A DNA stretch of 37,528 nucleotides from a virus (lineage: Duplodnaviria > Heunggongvirae > Uroviricota > Caudoviricetes), in IMG/VR virus record IMGVR_UViG_2541047697_000003; one strand, written 5' to 3'. Numbering within the stretch: position 1 is the stretch's first letter; the number at the start of each line of letters is the position of its first letter. The notes under the pieces are model-generated. The model searched no databases. It worked only from the letters and a program-made list of their open reading frames with translations, and had not been told where the DNA came from. The translations under genes were made by a program, and so were the position numbers. Shown piece after piece: positions 19,505 through 29,454 of this stretch.

Positions 19505-19968
19505 CAGATAAGCTCCACTGTGCAGTGCGGCCCATCCTGCACCCGGCTGATGGCCCAGCGGGCGTCACGCCACAAATCACCGCTGGATTCCGCCAGTTCC
19601 TCGCCTCGCTTCACACCGGATGCCGTGGCGTCATAGTCCTGGTATCGTTCGTTGAGCATGGCGCGTGCCCAGCAGTAAACCGCGTTGAAATAGTGATGAA
19701 TGCGCTCACTTTTGCCCTCCAGCTGTTCCGCCGGAACCTCTGCCAGCGAGGCATATCCCAGCATCTGCTGACGTCTGCGAAACTCATACAGCTCTGCGTT
19801 GACCTCCGAAATTGCCGACAGCGCAACCTGCTTTAAACGCGGCTGCGTCACTGTGCCGTCAGTGCGCATGACACTGCGAAACTCCGACAGGTCCACATCA
19901 GGCCAGAACGGCGTATTTCTGATGATTTCCGCCTGTTCCGGTGCCTGTTCTGGCGCAACAAACTTCAT
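19504..19968 (-). CDS. L: head completion/stabilisation protein gpL-like
   Basis: ATG at 19968 with AGGAGA 8 nt upstream (MKFVAPEQ...); the track start is an upstream GTG. Confidence 0.8.
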   Translation of the reverse strand: MKFVAPEQAPEQAEIIRNTPFWPDVDLSEFRSVMRTDGTVTQPRLKQVALSAISEVNAELYEFRRRQQMLGYASLAEVPAEQLEGKSERIHHYFNAVYCWARAMLNERYQDYDATASGVKRGEELAESSGDLWRDARWAISRVQDGPHCTVELI

Positions 19969-20063
19969 GCTGCTTTCTCCTGAAATAGAGGGCGGTGGAC
20001 GGGGTTTTGATGTGGCAGTGCCTTTCGCCACCCCGTGCCGCCCGTGCGCGGGGGCACGTTCTG

Positions 20064-20714
20064 TCAGCGGCTGTCATTGCGCAGTCTGCGCTCCAGCTGC
20101 TGTTTGTCTTTTTTCACGCCACAGCGGGGATCGAGCTGTAACGCATGGTTGAGATGATTAAGGGCGGAAGCCGGATTGCTTTCACTCAGGACAGCGCCAA
20201 TCGCTTTATGCAGACGCGCCCGTGACTGGTCCGGCATATCCAGACCGTCTGTCAGCTCCAGTGTCTGCAGCAACAGATCGGCATCAAAGCCGGTGGCGGC
20301 AAGCATTGCGCTCTGCGCGGCGTCTGCCATTTCCTCTGCCAGCACGGTCTGCACGTTGCGGTTACCCAGCGGCATCACCCAGCCATGACGCAGGGCATGA
20401 CGCCCGATCTCCAGCGCCCCGGCATAATCTCCGGCATCAATGCGCCACAGCATCACGTACATCAGCACGTCATCCTGTTGAGCGCCTCCGACAGCCAGGA
20501 CACCCTCTGCCCAGGCGGCGTACTTCGGCAGCAGCTCCACCTTGATTTCCGCTTTTTTGACCGTGGACTGAACGCCCTTGAGACGGCGGCGGTCTTCCGC
20601 CAGTTGCAGCAGCATCAGGTCATAGCCCGACGTGTGGCGAACGCTGCCGCCCTCGCGGGCGGCCTGTTCAGCCTGAACGCGCAGGCGATGCTGCCGTGCG
20701 GGACTCAGGCTCAT
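20064..20714 (-). CDS. M: terminase small (endonuclease) subunit gpM-like
   Basis: 216-aa ORF following N in the O-N-M-L block. Confidence 0.8.
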   Translation of the reverse strand: MSLSPARQHRLRVQAEQAAREGGSVRHTSGYDLMLLQLAEDRRRLKGVQSTVKKAEIKVELLPKYAAWAEGVLAVGGAQQDDVLMYVMLWRIDAGDYAGALEIGRHALRHGWVMPLGNRNVQTVLAEEMADAAQSAMLAATGFDADLLLQTLELTDGLDMPDQSRARLHKAIGAVLSESNPASALNHLNHALQLDPRCGVKKDKQQLERRLRNDSR

Positions 20715-20717
20715 GGT

Positions 20718-21776
20718 TTACGCTCCGGCTTCTGCTGCGGCGGCGCTGAAGTCGCCAATCTGGATGTTTTCCACCAGTGCGGCGCAACGGTAGTCCTCAA
20801 CCACGTAGGCTTCGTTAACGGATTCAAAATTTTCAATCCGGTCACGTTTCGGGTTGTCGATAACCGAACGGCGGCGGGTGTCTTCCTGCCAGTAAATGGA
20901 CAGGTTATCCAGACGGGTGATCAGCAGCGCATTCGGCGGGAAGAACGGCGCACGCACGGCCTGCAGGCCACCCATGCGTTTCTGACTGATGATCATATCG
21001 GCAGCCAGTTTTTCACTGTTTTCCTGCTCTTTGTTGACCAGCGGGAAATACTTGTCAGACAACAGTTCACGACCGCAAATCACCACCAGATCGTCATCGT
21101 CCTGGTAAACCACGTCGATAAGCTCATTGACAGCATCCATCACCACGGCATCCAGGTTAGCATATTCGCCACCTTTCCCGACTTTCACCGCGCCCGGTGT
21201 GGTTTCACCACCCGTGGTGGTGCTGCCCATGACGTGATCCGGTGCATCCTCACGGATTTTCTGCAGCCAGCCTTTGTTCACATCCTGCAGTAGCGGGTTT
21301 TCACTACGGTTGGAGGTTTTCGCACGCTTCACGCCGTTAAAACCGATCATGATGCGGTCCAGTGCCTGACGTTTCACGATGGCGTCACGAATACGCACCT
21401 GGAAATCCTGAAACTTCGCCCACAGGTCCAGCTTCGCGTAGGTCAGCACCGTGTCAAAGTTGGTCTGCTCGCATTTGTATTCCACATCGACCATCAGCGT
21501 CGGATCGACAGGCTCACGCTCTTTCGCGGTGGTATCAGTGGTTCCGGCAATGGTGCTGCCAACACCCAGCCCCAGCAGTTGACCGGACTGTTCAGTCACC
21601 GGGGTGACATTAATCAGCGTCAGGAAAGCAGCGGACTGCTGGATCTGGTCTTCCAGCGTCTGCTGCACGGACGGCTCCACGGTGAACTTGCTGGACAGTT
21701 CTTCAACTGCCACACCGTTCAGACGCGCCAGCTGCTGCAGGTAAGCGTTAAAAGCAAAGCGGGTATTCTTCTTCAT
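20718..21776 (-). CDS. N: major capsid protein gpN-like
   Basis: 352-aa ORF between scaffold and M. Confidence 0.9.
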   Translation of the reverse strand: MKKNTRFAFNAYLQQLARLNGVAVEELSSKFTVEPSVQQTLEDQIQQSAAFLTLINVTPVTEQSGQLLGLGVGSTIAGTTDTTAKEREPVDPTLMVDVEYKCEQTNFDTVLTYAKLDLWAKFQDFQVRIRDAIVKRQALDRIMIGFNGVKRAKTSNRSENPLLQDVNKGWLQKIREDAPDHVMGSTTTGGETTPGAVKVGKGGEYANLDAVVMDAVNELIDVVYQDDDDLVVICGRELLSDKYFPLVNKEQENSEKLAADMIISQKRMGGLQAVRAPFFPPNALLITRLDNLSIYWQEDTRRRSVIDNPKRDRIENFESVNEAYVVEDYRCAALVENIQIGDFSAAAAEAGA

Positions 21777-21792
21777 CGGGTTTTATGCTCCA

Positions 21793-22626
21793 TCAGCAAT
21801 TGGTCAGAGTGTCAGCGGGGGCGTTGCCGCCTGTTGCACGCTGGCGGTAGTCCTGGCGGCTGTCTTCATGGCTCAGCTTGTCCACCAGTTCGTTAAAGGC
21901 GGTCTGATGTGCCTGCAGGGCAGTCTCCAGCTCAGACAGGCGTTCTTCCTGCTCAGACAGGGATTTTTCGGTGCGCGCACTCAGGTTCTGCTGCTCAGTG
22001 GCGACCAGTTCCACGGCCTTATGCACATCAGAGAACCGGGCGTCATCGGACTGCTCTTTTTTGGTGAACAGCGCCGTGACACGGGCAAACAGGGACGGTT
22101 TGTCATCCTGGATTTCTTCCAGTTCGATCACCGTTTCCTCTGCAGCGGTAAAAAGATTGGCGGGATTCTGCTTGCGGTTTGCCAGCGGGTTATGGGCTGC
22201 ACTAGCGCTGAATGTCAGCATTTCAGTGCCCAGACTGGCAGGGTCATCAGTGGCAGCCAGGCCGACCAGGTAGGCTTTGCCCGTATCAGCGAACTTCGGG
22301 CTGACTTCCATAGAGGTGAATAATTTCTGGCCTTTTTTCACCAGTTCCACCAGGGACTCCGTTGGCTCAACGTCGGCATACAGCGCCATCTTGCCTGCCA
22401 GCGGACCTTCCGTGATTTCTTCAGCAAACAGCGCCGTCACCTTGCCGTAGCGGTTAAAGGTGCTGTCCGGCAGATAAGACTTGATGTGCTCAAGGTTAAT
22501 CAGCGCGGTATACACCGCCGGGTTGTAGCTGGCTGCCATCTGTTCCAGCCATTCACGCTGGATTTCGCGTCCGTCGGTGGTGGCACCTTCCACCCCGATG
22601 CGAAAACGCTTTGCTTTCACTGTCAT
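21793..22626 (-). CDS. O: capsid scaffolding protein gpO-like
   Basis: 277-aa ORF divergent from P, with an acidic/coiled-coil C-terminal half. Confidence 0.85.
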   Translation of the reverse strand: MTVKAKRFRIGVEGATTDGREIQREWLEQMAASYNPAVYTALINLEHIKSYLPDSTFNRYGKVTALFAEEITEGPLAGKMALYADVEPTESLVELVKKGQKLFTSMEVSPKFADTGKAYLVGLAATDDPASLGTEMLTFSASAAHNPLANRKQNPANLFTAAEETVIELEEIQDDKPSLFARVTALFTKKEQSDDARFSDVHKAVELVATEQQNLSARTEKSLSEQEERLSELETALQAHQTAFNELVDKLSHEDSRQDYRQRATGGNAPADTLTNC

Positions 22627-22704
22627 GAGCCGTGCTCCGTTAGAAAAAACTTACTGGAGCCTTATGGTTGCGGTGATGGGGGCAGTGAAACAATGCGCGG
22701 TATT

Positions 22705-22722
22705 TGTACCGACAACCACACA
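22705..22722. promoter_or_regulatory. putative Ogr-dependent late promoter element in the divergent O/P intergenic region
   Basis: TGT-N12-ACA (tgtaccgacaaccacaca); spacing fits a promoter reading leftward into O; shares a core with the FI-upstream element. Confidence 0.5.
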
Positions 22723-22768
22723 AACCGCAGGCGGGGAAAGCCTTCATTCAAGGCTGTAGGTTTGTGCC

Positions 22769-24535
22769 ATGAACACCACACTGACACCCGCAGATCTCGA
22801 TCCCCGTCGGCAGGCCATGCTGCTGTACTTTCAGGGATACCGCGTAGCCCGCATTGCTGAAATGCTGGGCGAGAAAGTTGCAACCGTTCACAGCTGGAAA
22901 AAACGCGACAAGTGGGGTGACTATGGGCCGCTGGATCAGATGCAGCTCACCACCGCCGCACGCTACTGCCAGCTCATTATGAAGGAGCACAAAGAAGGGA
23001 AAGATTTCAAAGAGATTGACCTGCTGGCGCGCCAGTCTGAGCGCCACGCGCGGATCGGCAAGTTTAACAATGGCGGCAACGAAGCCGACTTAAATCCTAA
23101 CGTCGCCAACCGCAACAAAGGCCCGCGCCGTCAGCCGGAAAAAAATGTCTTCACCGATGAACAGATTGAGAAGCTGGAAGAAATCTTCCATTCCTCCATG
23201 TTCAACTACCAGCGCCACTGGTGGGAAGCCGGAAAAACCAACCGCATCCGCAACCTGCTGAAGTCACGCCAGATCGGCGCGACCTTTTACTTTGCCCGTG
23301 AAGCCCTGATTGACGCCCTGCTTACCGGGCGTAACCAGATTTTCCTTTCCGCCAGTAAGGCACAGGCCCACGTCTTTAAGCAGTACATCATCGACTTCGC
23401 CAAAGAAGTGGAGGTGGAGCTGAAAGGCGATCCGATGGTGCTTCCTAACGGGGCCACGCTTTACTTCCTCGGCACCAATGCCCGCACGGCCCAGAGTTAT
23501 CACGGCAACCTGTATCTGGATGAATATTTCTGGATACCGAAATTTCAGGAGCTACGCAAAGTGGCTTCCGGTATGGCTATTCACAAGAAATGGCGGCAGA
23601 CCTATTTTTCCACACCATCCAGTCTGACCCACAGTGCTTATCCGTTCTGGTCCGGTGCGCTGTTCAACCGTGGGCGCAACAAAGCTGACAAGGTGGACAT
23701 CGACCTGTCCCACAGCAATCTGGCCCCCGGCCTGCTGTGCGCAGACGGGCAATACCGCCAGATAGTCACCGTGGAAGATGCGGTGCGCGGCGGCTGTAAC
23801 CTGTTCGACCTCGACCAGTTGCGCATGGAGTACAGCCCGGACGAATACCAGAACCTGCTGATGTGTGAGTTCGTGGACGATCTCGCGTCCGTGTTCCCGC
23901 TCAGCGAGCTGCAGGCGTGCATGGTGGACAGCTGGGAAGTATGGACCGACTTTCATGCACTGGCGCTGCGCCCGTTTGGCTGGCGCGAAGTGTGGATCGG
24001 TTATGACCCGGCAAAAGGTACGCAGAACGGCGACAGCGCCGGATGCGTGGTGGTGGCACCGCCAGCCGTGCCGGGCGGTAAGTTCCGCATTCTTGAGCGT
24101 CACCAGTGGCGCGGGATGGACTTCCGCGCCCAGGCTGACGCCATCAAAAAACTGACCGAACAGTATAACGTGACCTATATCGGCATCGACTCGACCGGCG
24201 TCGGTCACGGGGTTTACGAGAACGTGAAAGCATTTTTTCCTGCCGTCAGGGAGTTTGTCTACAACCCCAACGTTAAAAACGCCCTGGTACTCAAGGCCTA
24301 CGACATTATCAGCCACCGCCGTCTGGAGTTTGACGCCGGGCACACCGACATTGCGCAGTCATTTATGGCAATCCGTCGCGCCACCACTGCCAGTGGCAAC
24401 CGCCCGACCTATGAAGCCAGCCGCAGCGAAGAAGCCAGCCATGCCGATCTGGCCTGGGCAACAATGCACGCACTGTTTAACGAACCGCTGCAGGGCGAGT
24501 CCGCCAATACCAGCAATATTGTGGAGATTTTTTGA
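22769..24535 (+). CDS. P: terminase large (ATPase) subunit gpP-like
   Basis: 588-aa ORF with an ATG start, divergent from O. Confidence 0.9.
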   Translation: MNTTLTPADLDPRRQAMLLYFQGYRVARIAEMLGEKVATVHSWKKRDKWGDYGPLDQMQLTTAARYCQLIMKEHKEGKDFKEIDLLARQSERHARIGKFNNGGNEADLNPNVANRNKGPRRQPEKNVFTDEQIEKLEEIFHSSMFNYQRHWWEAGKTNRIRNLLKSRQIGATFYFAREALIDALLTGRNQIFLSASKAQAHVFKQYIIDFAKEVEVELKGDPMVLPNGATLYFLGTNARTAQSYHGNLYLDEYFWIPKFQELRKVASGMAIHKKWRQTYFSTPSSLTHSAYPFWSGALFNRGRNKADKVDIDLSHSNLAPGLLCADGQYRQIVTVEDAVRGGCNLFDLDQLRMEYSPDEYQNLLMCEFVDDLASVFPLSELQACMVDSWEVWTDFHALALRPFGWREVWIGYDPAKGTQNGDSAGCVVVAPPAVPGGKFRILERHQWRGMDFRAQADAIKKLTEQYNVTYIGIDSTGVGHGVYENVKAFFPAVREFVYNPNVKNALVLKAYDIISHRRLEFDAGHTDIAQSFMAIRRATTASGNRPTYEASRSEEASHADLAWATMHALFNEPLQGESANTSNIVEIF

Positions 24536-25563
24536 TGGGAAAGAGTAAGAAAAAACGCGCTGCGGCGACGAATCAGATCCAGCATAAAAACCAAACTTCA
24601 GCCGAAGCATTCAGCTTCGGTGATCCCGTTCCTGTTCTGGACCGCCGCGAACTGCTGGACTATGTGGAATGCGTACAGATGGACCGTTGGTATGAGCCAC
24701 CAGTGAGTTTCGACGGCCTGGCGCGAACCTTCCGCGCCGCCGTACACCACAGCTCACCGATTGCAGTAAAGTGCAACATTCTGACCAGCACCTATATCCC
24801 TCACCCGTTGCTCAGCCAGCAGGCTTTTTCACGTTTTGTGCAGGACTATCTGGTATTTGGTAACGCCTACCTGGAGAAACGCACGAACCGCTTCGGTGAA
24901 GTTATCGCCCTTGAACCTGCCCTGGCAAAATACACTCGACGCGGATTAGACCTGGATACCTACTGGTTTGTGCAATACGGTATGGCAACCCAGCCGTATC
25001 AGTTCACGAAAGGCAGCATCTTTCATCTGATGGAACCGGATATTAATCAGGAGATCTACGGCCTGCCTGGCTATCTTTCTGCTATTCCATCCGCTCTGCT
25101 CAACGAGTCCGCCACGCTGTTCCGCCGGAAGTATTACATTAACGGTAGTCATGCAGGCTTCATCATGTACATGACCGATGCCGCGCAGAACCAGGAGGAT
25201 GTGAACAACCTCCGCAATGCGATGAAAAGCGCCAAAGGCCCTGGCAACTTCCGCAATCTGTTTATGTACTCGCCTAATGGTAAAAAAGACGGACTTCAGA
25301 TTATCCCGTTGTCAGAAGTCGCAGCGAAGGATGAGTTTCTGAATATCAAAAACGTGAGCCGTGATGACATGATGGCTGCGCATCGTGTTCCGCCACAGAT
25401 GATGGGGATTATGCCGAATAATGTTGGGGGGTTTGGGGATGTGGAAAAAGCGAGTTTAGTGTTTGTGAGGAATGAATTATTGCCATTGCAAAAAAGGATG
25501 ATGGAACTAAATAAATGGTTAGGCCATGAAATTTTGAAATTTGAGACATATATACTTAGCTAA
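24535..25563 (+). CDS. Q: portal protein gpQ-like
   Basis: 342 aa from the ATG that overlaps the P stop (ATGA). Confidence 0.9.
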   Translation: MGKSKKKRAAATNQIQHKNQTSAEAFSFGDPVPVLDRRELLDYVECVQMDRWYEPPVSFDGLARTFRAAVHHSSPIAVKCNILTSTYIPHPLLSQQAFSRFVQDYLVFGNAYLEKRTNRFGEVIALEPALAKYTRRGLDLDTYWFVQYGMATQPYQFTKGSIFHLMEPDINQEIYGLPGYLSAIPSALLNESATLFRRKYYINGSHAGFIMYMTDAAQNQEDVNNLRNAMKSAKGPGNFRNLFMYSPNGKKDGLQIIPLSEVAAKDEFLNIKNVSRDDMMAAHRVPPQMMGIMPNNVGGFGDVEKASLVFVRNELLPLQKRMMELNKWLGHEILKFETYILS

Positions 25564-25632
25564 TCGCCATTTTTTAAAAGCCACGCCAATAATTAATATT
25601 AGAACCGTGGCTTTAATTTAGAGCATTAGATA

Positions 25633-26718
25633 CTAACGTTTCAACCAAAGGTCATCTACAGAAAACGAATCGAATTCATTCTCAGATGGAGAATAAATAA
25701 AGCTCACTGTAAAATACGGTCTAACCAAAATCTCTAAAGTCACAACGTCACCATCACCATGAGTAAATGGGAATGCCGAATCTAAATCGCTTTTATTTTC
25801 AATATAATCCAAATAAGGAATATCCACTTCAATAAAAACCCGTCTCAAATTAAAAGAATAGGCAATGTAATATTTATCCGCATCAATTGAAGTGATGCCT
25901 TCAATATAGCCATCCTCGAAATCTTCGATGACATCAACTCTAACATCCAAAACATTCGAAACTCTAGACTCAAAAATATTATTTTCAAGGTATTGACTAA
26001 GCATCATGTGATTAAAACTTGATAAATAATCGATACACTCACCTTCTAGAAACTCCTCGAAATAAGGCTCACTTCTTGCATGATCAAAAGCATGGATACT
26101 CTTATCAATAGATGATGTAACGAAGTCAAATAGCTTCCGATATGGAGTTATTTTTTGTGTTATGCCTAACTCTTCAATATCTCTTAGAAGATCATCATTA
26201 AACGTTGCAGGACCTTTACTGTTGGTAAAAAAGTCTGAGCTATTCTCAGTAATAAATACAAAATCATCATTACCCCCTGATGATTTGATATATTGAAGAA
26301 AAGATAACCAGATCAACGTATCACGGTATCCTTTTTCTTGTTCTGAGAAAGGTTTTATCTTTTCAAGGGCCCTACCAACCACCTTAGCATGTGGAATATC
26401 GTTATAATCTATTAAAATTAAATTATCAACTTCCTTATTTAATATTTCTTTCAAATCATATTGTTCAATACCTAAGTTTTCAATTTTAAAATCTATTGGA
26501 TTCTGATTAAGCTTTTTAATTTTACTAATAATGGAACGCATTTCATTTAATTGATTTTTGAGCTCTCTATTCCTGATATTGTTAGTCTCCTCAATTACTA
26601 AATTTGATAATAACAAGTCGTTACATTCATTATTCAAAAAATGGAAAAGAAGTTTAAAATTAGCATTTTTAGCAAACCAATTATTGTAAAATATATTTGT
26701 ATCCAAAAAAACTTTCAT
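25633..26718 (-). CDS. AT-rich cargo protein with an N-terminal PIN-like motif (function unknown)
   Basis: 361-aa ORF with an ATG start; N-terminus MKVFLDTNIFYNNW resembles the first acidic strand of PIN-fold nucleases; lies between Q and the putative cos. Confidence 0.7.
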   Translation of the reverse strand: MKVFLDTNIFYNNWFAKNANFKLLFHFLNNECNDLLLSNLVIEETNNIRNRELKNQLNEMRSIISKIKKLNQNPIDFKIENLGIEQYDLKEILNKEVDNLILIDYNDIPHAKVVGRALEKIKPFSEQEKGYRDTLIWLSFLQYIKSSGGNDDFVFITENSSDFFTNSKGPATFNDDLLRDIEELGITQKITPYRKLFDFVTSSIDKSIHAFDHARSEPYFEEFLEGECIDYLSSFNHMMLSQYLENNIFESRVSNVLDVRVDVIEDFEDGYIEGITSIDADKYYIAYSFNLRRVFIEVDIPYLDYIENKSDLDSAFPFTHGDGDVVTLEILVRPYFTVSFIYSPSENEFDSFSVDDLWLKR

Positions 26719-26935
26719 CTGTCTTTTCCAGTGATGTAGTTAATAACATAGGTAATTATAAATTGAATTGTAGGCCGGATCCACTGATAGTGGATCCGGT
26801 TTAAAAGATTGCATTTATGGCAATGTCAAGTATAAAAACAACCACAACATAATGATTGTATATCCAAAGGCCGTCAGTAAATCATAGCAATTATCACTTA
26901 CAGGGGATGTGCGATTTTAATCGTTCAGCCGCGCG

Positions 26936-26954
26936 CTCATATCCCCGCCACGCC
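26936..26954 (-). other. putative cos (cohesive-end) site
   Basis: Minus-strand GGCGTGGCGGGGATATGAG followed by GCGCGCGGCTGAACG, resembling the P2/186 cohesive-end sequence as remembered (GGCG-A/T-GGCGGGGAAAGCA...); reads toward Q as in P2. Confidence 0.45.
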
Positions 26955-27240
26955 TGCCCGCTTTATGTAGCGGTTTTCATGCAGGTGCATGATCTACGCA
27001 AAATCCCACCAGTTCTGGCGGGCCTTAGCAAAAACGATCCGCAAACGATCATGCGATCTCATGCGGCATAGTCATGCACTTACGGGGGAACTGAAATCCA
27101 GTAACCGAATGATCGCTTGAAAAACGAAACATACGTACTTACAAAGCACAAAGCCTGCTTTGAGCGAAGCGGACGTTAATAATGTTGCTGACCATCCCTA
27201 GTACTTCTCATAATATAGCCCTATGTTAATCAACAAAATA

Positions 27241-29133
27241 TTAATTTGTCCCATCACTAAAGAATTTGATTGCGTCAGTTAGTACATAGTCAATGAAAAT
27301 TTTTACGTGAAAGACCTGAAAAACGCTATTTTCTGAGTTTTGAATGAAATCTACAGCTATATCTTTTAGGTTGATCAACCAGTTATATTCTTCAATCAGT
27401 CTAGTTCTGGCATCCGCATCAGAATAACGACTCCGTAAGCTAAATGCCAGTTTCCTCATGATAACTGGATCAAGTTTCCTATAGCTTTCAATGAAAACAT
27501 CAGCAGGAACTAAGTGTAAAAAAGGTACGTCATGAAGATTTAACTGTCTATTATTAGAATGACTCAATTCAGATAACAACGATGATTTTCCCCTTTGTAA
27601 CTCATCTCTGAACTGCAATGCAAATTCCGAAATTGATTCATCAAACCGTTTCTTCCTTGCTATTTTAATATGTTCAATAATGAGCTTAAAGTCATCACTA
27701 TCCCTGTCAAGAAAACTTAAACTACGCCATCCCCTTAATTCGTTATAATGCGTTTGCGCATATTCCTTATGTACATCTTCAGCTCTCAGTCTATTATAAT
27801 AATTATTTATATTCTGTTTTGTCTCATTTATGAGATCATGAACATCATCTGTTGTTAGACCTTCTTTCGCCATTTCCAGCAAAATACTCGCTGTCATCAG
27901 GAGTTCACCTAAGGTAGTGATCTTACCTGAAAATAGGTTATCCTTAGCAATAGCGTACTGCTCATAAAGCATAGTTTCATTTAGTTCTCTATAGTTCCAC
28001 AAACACCTCCATGCTGGTGAATCGCTGCTTCTAAAAAAACGCGTAACATCCAACTGAGCAAGAAGATCACCCGTTACCTTTCCATCACAGATTAGTTCTC
28101 TCCAAGACGCGCCATCCAGTAACTTCTCGGTTAATACAGGAGACGAATATTTCTCGACAATCATGTCATACTTACTTTTGACGCGTTCTTTACCCAAAAA
28201 CATACCATAATTAACATTGCCGATTGAATTGAAATCCTCGTAGCTAAGATTCCCTCCCCGGTACTCCATCGAAAAAATTAACAATTGATGAAAAAACACC
28301 CTTATAAATTCATCGTTACTTAAATATTTATCTCCCAAAAGGGAAATAATTCGTTGTACATCGAGAAAGAACTGCCTCAAGTGTCTTAGATTATTATAAT
28401 TCGCTGACACATAGAGGTCCTCTATTGTCTGCATATCTTCTTTAAATATATTAGCAACATGCAAACTACTAATTACGTTCAAGAAAATCTTACAAGCACT
28501 ATGTAAATCTGACGTTACTTCAAATGTTTTACCTACTAGCTTTTCTTTTGTTCTCATGTATTCATTGCGATATTTCTCATCATCATTATTTATTCGCTTT
28601 TCTCTATTGATTATTTCATCTTCATTGGCAACCAAGATCGCTTTGTATCCGTTTACTTCCACAAAGTGATTTATATATCCAAATAAGATTGGTAAATCTA
28701 CACCAGCTCTCTCGACATCATCAAAGACCAGCACAAAACCATCTGGTTTTCTAGTAAAGTCGCTAAGATTAATGGTGGGAACATTGCTATTGATATCTAC
28801 GTCAGATTTATTATCGCCATTAAGATCGATCTTGAAAGTAGCCTTAAGCGTATTTTTTAGTACATTTGCACCAAAGATAAGGGCTTTGTTTGATAGGACA
28901 GGATGCAATTGACGATAGAACTCATCTTCAATCTGCTCAATAGAGTTGACGCCATACAAGCTCACTTTTAGAAATTTGAACTCTGAATGTTTCTGCTTAT
29001 ATTCTTCAAGAACTCGTTCAATGAACCAAGTTTTACCTGATCCCCAAGCACCTTTAAGCATAATGGCGTATTGAGGTTCAGTTTTAAGGCTAAGGTAATA
29101 TTCTATATAGTCTTTGATGTACGTATTGTGCAT
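27241..29133 (-). CDS. AT-rich cargo P-loop NTPase with a KAP-type Walker A (function unknown)
   Basis: 630 aa from the ATG at 29133 (track start is TTG at 29184); Walker A LKGAWGSGKTWF and Walker B-like FVLVFDDVER; long helical C-terminal region. Confidence 0.7.
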   Translation of the reverse strand: MHNTYIKDYIEYYLSLKTEPQYAIMLKGAWGSGKTWFIERVLEEYKQKHSEFKFLKVSLYGVNSIEQIEDEFYRQLHPVLSNKALIFGANVLKNTLKATFKIDLNGDNKSDVDINSNVPTINLSDFTRKPDGFVLVFDDVERAGVDLPILFGYINHFVEVNGYKAILVANEDEIINREKRINNDDEKYRNEYMRTKEKLVGKTFEVTSDLHSACKIFLNVISSLHVANIFKEDMQTIEDLYVSANYNNLRHLRQFFLDVQRIISLLGDKYLSNDEFIRVFFHQLLIFSMEYRGGNLSYEDFNSIGNVNYGMFLGKERVKSKYDMIVEKYSSPVLTEKLLDGASWRELICDGKVTGDLLAQLDVTRFFRSSDSPAWRCLWNYRELNETMLYEQYAIAKDNLFSGKITTLGELLMTASILLEMAKEGLTTDDVHDLINETKQNINNYYNRLRAEDVHKEYAQTHYNELRGWRSLSFLDRDSDDFKLIIEHIKIARKKRFDESISEFALQFRDELQRGKSSLLSELSHSNNRQLNLHDVPFLHLVPADVFIESYRKLDPVIMRKLAFSLRSRYSDADARTRLIEEYNWLINLKDIAVDFIQNSENSVFQVFHVKIFIDYVLTDAIKFFSDGTN

Positions 29134-29454
29134 TTTTAGTCCATTTTTATAAAATACATAAACATAGATGGTAAGTAGAGCCAAAGGCCAACTATGGAAA
29201 ATTCAATCGGTAGTGTACATTGTAAGGTTATTATTGGTAAATATTATAGGAATACCCATAATCTTACAAAATTCAGATTATCCGTTGCAAATTAGTCTGC
29301 TATTCGTTAATTGACGAAAGATAGCAGAAGAAATGTTCGCTTCTGGCACAAAGCGGACGATCACTTATAAAAATGACCGCCCACCTTACGCCTTATTTCA
29401 CTCATTGCCCAAACTAGCCCCCATCAGAGTGAATCCTCCTGGGGGCAACATTTC

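Noticed and set aside
20385-21293. 302-aa plus-strand ORF overlapping gpM and gpN
   Set aside because: Antisense to two conserved capsid-module genes; no RBS; His/Gln-rich unnatural composition.
23552-24343. 263-aa minus-strand ORF inside the terminase gene P
   Set aside because: Antisense to a well-supported gene in conserved P2 order; no independent start context.
26856-27071. 71-aa plus-strand ORF across the putative cos region
   Set aside because: Lies in the intergenic cos region with no RBS; more likely non-coding packaging sequence.
29417-29446. Hairpin gccccca...tgggggc downstream of the DinI-like gene as a terminator
   Set aside because: 16-nt loop and no T-tract on either strand; not a convincing intrinsic terminator.
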